In this document: one piece after another, positions 59,360 to 64,000 of the stretch
Layout: each line of letters begins with the position of its first letter
How positions within the stretch are numbered: position 1 is the first letter of the stretch
Assembly: GCA_019894975.1 (NCBI GenBank)
Contig: JAGXNO010000008.1
Coordinates: 1-64,000 of the forward strand
From: Promethearchaeota archaeon
GTDB lineage: Archaea; Asgardarchaeota; Lokiarchaeia; Sigyniarchaeales; SOKP01
DNA length: 64,000 nt
Reading direction: 5' to 3'
Notes under the pieces: generated by a model
What the model was told of the DNA's origin: nothing
The model's database searches: none
The model's input: only the letters and a program-made list of their open reading frames with translations
Translations under genes and position numbers: made by a program

Positions 59360-60616
59360 TTATTCAACCTCCAATAAACCATCCCAGAAAGTCCCATGTA
59401 TAATATCCTTTGGTAACTCCCCGGTTTCTTCTAATTTTATCAAAAATTTTAATTGATTTTTTTGTTGTTCGAGAGAAACCTCTCTTCCTCCTAATCCATT
59501 GATGATTGGTAAAATTTTAGTTTTCACTTCTGTACCATGCAAAGCTGACTTTACCTCACAACTGACAGGACCTCCAGTTTGAGAACCAAATGCTGTTGCT
59601 CTGTCAATAACTCCAATGACATTAACTTTTTTGACAGATTCTATTATATCTTCTACTGGAAACGGTCGAAAATGCCTCAACTTTACCATACCTACCTTAT
59701 ATCCTTCTTCCCTCAAATCATCAATAGCTTGCTCCATTTGCAAGGCTAAATCTCCATAAATTACCACGCCAGCTTTAGCATCATTCATATGATATTCTTG
59801 AATTAACCCGTTTCCATAATTTCTCCCAAATTTCTTTTCAAACTCAACGGCAACTTCCTTAATTTTTTCCTTTGCTCTTATGAAGGCTTCCTGAATTTTC
59901 ATCCTAAATTCATAATAAAATCCCGAGGGCATTATAAGATTTCCAAACATCATAGGTCTTTTAGGATCCATCCATATATGAGGCCATCCCTCTTCACCTG
60001 GCAAAGGGGGCAAAAATTCATCTACACGATCTTGGTCCTCGATTATAACTGGTTTTGAAGTGTGAGATAGAATAAAACCACCATATGCGACAAATTTTGG
60101 AAGCAATATATCGTAATCTTCACACACTTTATAAGACATTAAAATTTCGTCATAAATTTCTTGATGAGAAGCACAAAATGAACTCATCCATCCTGTGTCC
60201 CTTTGACTTAGCACATCAGTAAAGTCTGCCCAAATATTCCAAGGAGGCGCTGGAGCTCTAGAAGCAATCGCAACGACAATTGGGAGTCTGGCGCCTGCGG
60301 CCCAATGAATCATTTCATGTGCATAAAATATACCTTGACCGGATGTTGCGGTAAAAGTTCTGGTACCCGCTTTACTAGCACCAATTACTGCAGCAAAAAC
60401 ACTATGCTCTGATTCCATTTTAATATATTGAGTTCCTGGCATTTCTCCTTTATCTGCAAATTCCGATAGCTTCTCCACGACTGTTGTTTGAGGGGTTATT
60501 GGATATGCGCTAATTACTTGCACCCGGGATGATTTTGCAGCATACGCAGCTGCGACATTCCCTTTAATAATAATAGTTTCGCGTTCCTGTATAAAGTCAT
60601 TTTGAGCTTCAACCAT
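59360..60616 (-). CDS. porA: pyruvate/2-oxoacid:ferredoxin oxidoreductase alpha subunit
   Basis: AYPITPQT, ESEHS, TATSGQG, RPFP, GLGGR. Confidence 0.9.
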   Translation of the reverse strand: MVEAQNDFIQERETIIIKGNVAAAYAAKSSRVQVISAYPITPQTTVVEKLSEFADKGEMPGTQYIKMESEHSVFAAVIGASKAGTRTFTATSGQGIFYAHEMIHWAAGARLPIVVAIASRAPAPPWNIWADFTDVLSQRDTGWMSSFCASHQEIYDEILMSYKVCEDYDILLPKFVAYGGFILSHTSKPVIIEDQDRVDEFLPPLPGEEGWPHIWMDPKRPMMFGNLIMPSGFYYEFRMKIQEAFIRAKEKIKEVAVEFEKKFGRNYGNGLIQEYHMNDAKAGVVIYGDLALQMEQAIDDLREEGYKVGMVKLRHFRPFPVEDIIESVKKVNVIGVIDRATAFGSQTGGPVSCEVKSALHGTEVKTKILPIINGLGGREVSLEQQKNQLKFLIKLEETGELPKDIIHGTFWDGLLEVE

Positions 60617-60953
60617 CTACATCACTCTCTCTTTTCATTTCAATATTATTTGAAGGGCATTCTTTGGCACAAATACCACAACCTTTACAATAATCTAAAT
60701 TTATCTCAAAAGAACCGTCTTCTTTCTTTTTAATTACTCCTTCAGGACAATACATCCAACAGATGCCACATTGATTACATCCTTCCAAGATTATGGGTCT
60801 AAATGTTCTCCAGTCACCTGTTGTACCGATACTTCCATCAATTGGCAAAGATATAGGAATAGGGGGTAGTTCTTCCCAATTTTTATATTCTTGGAGTTTT
60901 GGACGTTCTTCAACAGACTTATTAATTTTCTCCCATTTTTTAGATTTTGTCAT
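60609..60953 (-). CDS. porD: pyruvate/2-oxoacid:ferredoxin oxidoreductase delta subunit
   Basis: TGDWRTFRP; two CxxCxxCxxxCP motifs. Confidence 0.9.
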   Translation of the reverse strand: MTKSKKWEKINKSVEERPKLQEYKNWEELPPIPISLPIDGSIGTTGDWRTFRPIILEGCNQCGICWMYCPEGVIKKKEDGSFEINLDYCKGCGICAKECPSNNIEMKRESDVDG

Positions 60954-60955
60954 TA

Positions 60956-61534
60956 TTATACCTCCTTTACCGTTTCAAATGCTTCCTTTGCCACACTCAT
61001 ATTTTTTTCTAATCTCCCCTCTCCAAATTCCTTTTTTATGACTTTTTCCATAGTTTCAAGATTGTAATAACCTGTAATCTTTCCAAATGCTCCTAACATA
61101 GGAATATTTAGAATGGGCCCACTAGAATGCATAAAATCTTTTCGGATACAAATTCCTGTTGCATCAACAATGTAAATTTTAATATTTTGAGGAAGGTTTG
61201 AGTTATCGATAGGTTCTGCACTATTAGCAATTAAAGTCGTGCCTTCCTTTATAGAATCTTTTATTTTTGGTATATCCAATAATGAGGTATCAAACATTAA
61301 AATATAATCCGGATTTACAACACTATCATATGTTTTAATAGTTTTACTTCTTGATATTTTCGAAAATGCTTGTATGGGGGCACCTCTTCTCTCGGCACCG
61401 ATTATAGGGATTGCTATTGTATCCTGAAAACCTTCTTCAAATGCCATTTCAGAGAGTAATTGACTCGCGGTTATGCATGTTTGACCACCTCTACAGTGCA
61501 TCGAGATTTCTACAATTTTTTGTTCTTGAGACAA
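60956..61534 (-). CDS. porG: pyruvate/2-oxoacid:ferredoxin oxidoreductase gamma subunit
   Basis: RGGQ, GAERRGAP, VDAT, N.PMLGA. Confidence 0.9.
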   Translation of the reverse strand: MSQEQKIVEISMHCRGGQTCITASQLLSEMAFEEGFQDTIAIPIIGAERRGAPIQAFSKISRSKTIKTYDSVVNPDYILMFDTSLLDIPKIKDSIKEGTTLIANSAEPIDNSNLPQNIKIYIVDATGICIRKDFMHSSGPILNIPMLGAFGKITGYYNLETMEKVIKKEFGEGRLEKNMSVAKEAFETVKEV

Positions 61535-61776
61535 ATTTAACCAACTTATTAATTTTGATTTCTTCTATTACAAATGAACTAGAATTCTTATGATTTTTCT
61601 CTAATAATTGCAATATTAAACAATAATATAGAGTTTTTAATTATAATTATTATATCTAAAAATAAGGTTCTAATAAATAGTTTATTTTCTAAATTCCGTT
61701 AATTTGAATTAATGTAGAGAAACATTAAAATAGTATAAGATTAATTTTATGCTTAATTATTTTTTATATCATTCTT

Positions 61777-62346
61777 ATGACTGAAGAAAACAGGAATAGC
61801 GAAACTGTATATTCATTTAAATGCCCTTCATGTGAATTAGGTACGATTAATGTAGTAAAGAGTATATATGATCTATCTGATGGGGATCAAATGCTCATAA
61901 TAAAATTCGAATGCGATCATTGCAGCTTTCACAAAAATGATGTGATTCCTTTGACAACTAATACAGAGCCAGGATTAAAAACCTTAAAAGTGACTAATGA
62001 GGAAGATCTTAAATCAAAGATTTATCGTTCTCCTGTAGGAAAATTAGAAATTCCTGAGCTTGAAGTAATGGTTGAACCAGGACCTAGAGCAGATTTTTAT
62101 TATACTAATGTAGAAGGCATATTATATAGATTTGAAAGTGCAGTTTTAATATATAGAAATAGTCTCGAAGAAGGTGACCCAGAAATTCCTGGAATTGAAG
62201 AAATACTAAATAATTTAAGCAAAGCATTAGTAGGCAAGTTTGAATTTACATTGAAAATAACTGATTTTGGTGGAGGGAGTTATATAATCCCTAAGGATAA
62301 ATCAAAATATAAATTTGAAAAACTTGAGACTGAAGAATCAGAATAA
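61777..62346 (+). CDS. ZPR1-type zinc finger protein
   Basis: CPSC..CDHC, IPEL..EPG, TNVEG. Confidence 0.88.
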   Translation: MTEENRNSETVYSFKCPSCELGTINVVKSIYDLSDGDQMLIIKFECDHCSFHKNDVIPLTTNTEPGLKTLKVTNEEDLKSKIYRSPVGKLEIPELEVMVEPGPRADFYYTNVEGILYRFESAVLIYRNSLEEGDPEIPGIEEILNNLSKALVGKFEFTLKITDFGGGSYIIPKDKSKYKFEKLETEESE

Positions 62347-62406
62347 AGATAAAATATAATTTTATCATAATAGTTTATTATTAAACAAAGTCATATTCTA
62401 AAATTA

Positions 62407-63570
62407 GTGATAGGCATGGGAAACCAAATTAAAAAAATTGGAATTTTAACTGGAGGGGGAGATTGCCCTGGATTAAATTCCGTGCTCTATGGAATTATGT
62501 TAAAGGCTTATGATGCAGGGATTGAGTGTATTGGTATCCTTAAAGGATGGAAAGGATTTATAGACAATGAGTTCATTAAACTTGACATCGCAGATCATGA
62601 TGATTTGCATACTGTTGGGGGAACTATTTTATATACCAGTAGGACAAACCCTTTTGAAGGTGCAGATTCAAAAGAAGAGAGGGCTAAAGAACTTACAAAG
62701 AAATTTGAGGATTTGGGAATAGATGCTTTAATTGCTATAGGAGGTGACGATAGTCTTGGGGTAGCTAGTATGCTCTATCAATTTGCGGATGCAAAAGTAG
62801 TTGGGTGCCCAAAAACAATTGATAACGATCTGGCAGGAACCCATTATACATTTGGGTTCTGGAGTGCTGTTCAATTAGCTTCTAATGCAATGGATAATCT
62901 AACAACAACAGCCCGTTCACATCAGAGAGTATTTGTAGTAGAGGTTATGGGAAGAGATGCCGGTTTTTTGGCTATGTATAGTGGCATTTCTGCGGGAGCA
63001 GATATTATTTTAATCCCCGAAACTCCGTTTGATTTAGAAAAGGATGTTATTGACGTTCTAAAAAAAAGAGTTAATGCGGGATATAGCTATCATATTATAG
63101 CTACATCTGAAGGCGCTTACCCAAATGCAGAGTCTTTAGATAGAGATTTTAAGACTATATCAAAAAAAAAAATAGATAAGTTGCCTAAAGACACTTTCGG
63201 TAATCCTTTATTGGCAAAATTAAGTATGTCTAAAATAATTGTTGATGAATTGAATTTGAGAGATGACTTAAAACAAGAGTTTCAGAGGAACGGGGTGGTA
63301 TTTGAATGTCGGAACGTAGTACTTGGCCATACTATGCGTGCGGGAACACCAAATTCATTTGACAGGATATTAGGCTTAAGATTTGGGTTAGCAGCTATGA
63401 AACTTGTGTTGGAGGGTAAATTTGGGAATATGGTATCACTCCAGGGAAACAAAATAGAAACAATTCCTCTTTCAGAAGGAGTAAAAAAGAAACATATTAC
63501 CCCAGAAAACGATAAAATGGAATTACGTGATTTACTTGTAAAAATAAGATATCTTAGCAAACAAAAATAA
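62407..63570 (+). CDS. PfkA-family phosphofructokinase, PPi-dependent signature
   Basis: TGGGDCPGLN, GGDDS, PKTIDND, MGR; start GTG 62407 or ATG 62416. Confidence 0.9.
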   Translation: MIGMGNQIKKIGILTGGGDCPGLNSVLYGIMLKAYDAGIECIGILKGWKGFIDNEFIKLDIADHDDLHTVGGTILYTSRTNPFEGADSKEERAKELTKKFEDLGIDALIAIGGDDSLGVASMLYQFADAKVVGCPKTIDNDLAGTHYTFGFWSAVQLASNAMDNLTTTARSHQRVFVVEVMGRDAGFLAMYSGISAGADIILIPETPFDLEKDVIDVLKKRVNAGYSYHIIATSEGAYPNAESLDRDFKTISKKKIDKLPKDTFGNPLLAKLSMSKIIVDELNLRDDLKQEFQRNGVVFECRNVVLGHTMRAGTPNSFDRILGLRFGLAAMKLVLEGKFGNMVSLQGNKIETIPLSEGVKKKHITPENDKMELRDLLVKIRYLSKQK

Positions 63571-63591
63571 TTAACTAAAGTGATTTAGCTT

Positions 63592-63852
63592 ATGGGTGAA
63601 ATAAAAGGGATTCTTTTTGCTATTACTGTAGGAAAAGGGTCAAGATCGGAAGGACCTAAATATTTTATTAAACCATTAGATGATTATAAAAACAGATGGT
63701 CAGAAATCCTCGTTAGGAAAAAGACGCATATGTGGGAGAATGATCCTGAATTGCATAAGTATCTCGATAAAGAAGTGTTGATATCTGGGGATATAATCGA
63801 GACCAAGAGCACAATTACAATTGACTATTCGAATGTGAAAGCATTAGAATAA
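63592..63852 (+). CDS. hypothetical protein
   Basis: 86-aa ATG ORF; GSRSEGPKYF. Confidence 0.6.
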   Translation: MGEIKGILFAITVGKGSRSEGPKYFIKPLDDYKNRWSEILVRKKTHMWENDPELHKYLDKEVLISGDIIETKSTITIDYSNVKALE

Positions 63853-63894
63853 ATCATCATTAGAAAAAATCTAATAAAAGGTGGAAATACTCAA

Positions 63895-64000
63895 TTGCAT
63901 AAGCAAATTCAGAATTTAGCTCACAAAATTTTAGAGTTAAATCCCGAACCTATTCCAAAATATTTAATATTACGAGATATCTTAGAAAAAGATCCCAAGC
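63895..64000 (+). CDS. N-terminal fragment of an ORF running off the window end
   Basis: TTG start, MHKQIQNLAHKILELNPEPIPKYLILRDILEKDPK, open to the window end. Confidence 0.4.
   Translation, partial: MHKQIQNLAHKILELNPEPIPKYLILRDILEKDPK

Overview
AT-rich archaeal chromosome segment, most consistent with Asgard archaea (Lokiarchaeia). It encodes eukaryotic-signature proteins (profilin-like, Roadblock/LC7, Rab-like GTPase with zinc ribbon, HEAT+LRR, MPN) and core archaeal loci (rpoK, Hef, purB/purM, nadC, dinB, tldD/E, psmA-SBDS-rrp4/41/42-rpl37ae-pcc1-pfdB, ECF transporter, cgi121/sua5, porGDAB, PPi-type PFK). The first ~12 kb look accessory and partly horizontally acquired. The main discovery is a 31-nt insertion (24143-24173) in a UDP-glucuronate decarboxylase-like gene. 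It folds into a bulge-helix-bulge-type (BHB) splicing motif, and cutting it at the standard endonuclease positions restores both the frame and the conserved VNPxGPRSCYDExKR motif. It is therefore a candidate tRNA-endonuclease-spliced mRNA intron in a metabolic gene. Three of the five tRNA genes carry BHB introns, three of them at non-canonical positions (44/45, 58/59, 58/59) and of nearly the same size (30-32 nt). Other points: a PEP-utilising enzyme broken by one in-frame TAA, a probable ACG start codon, unusual fusions (pseudo-DHDPS+kinase, 2-hydroxyacid dehydrogenase+class II aldolase, serine hydrolase with SCP2-like insert), an RGG tandem repeat in Rrp4 and a dispersed 37-bp palindromic element. 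All calls come from motif recognition by eye; no database searches were run.
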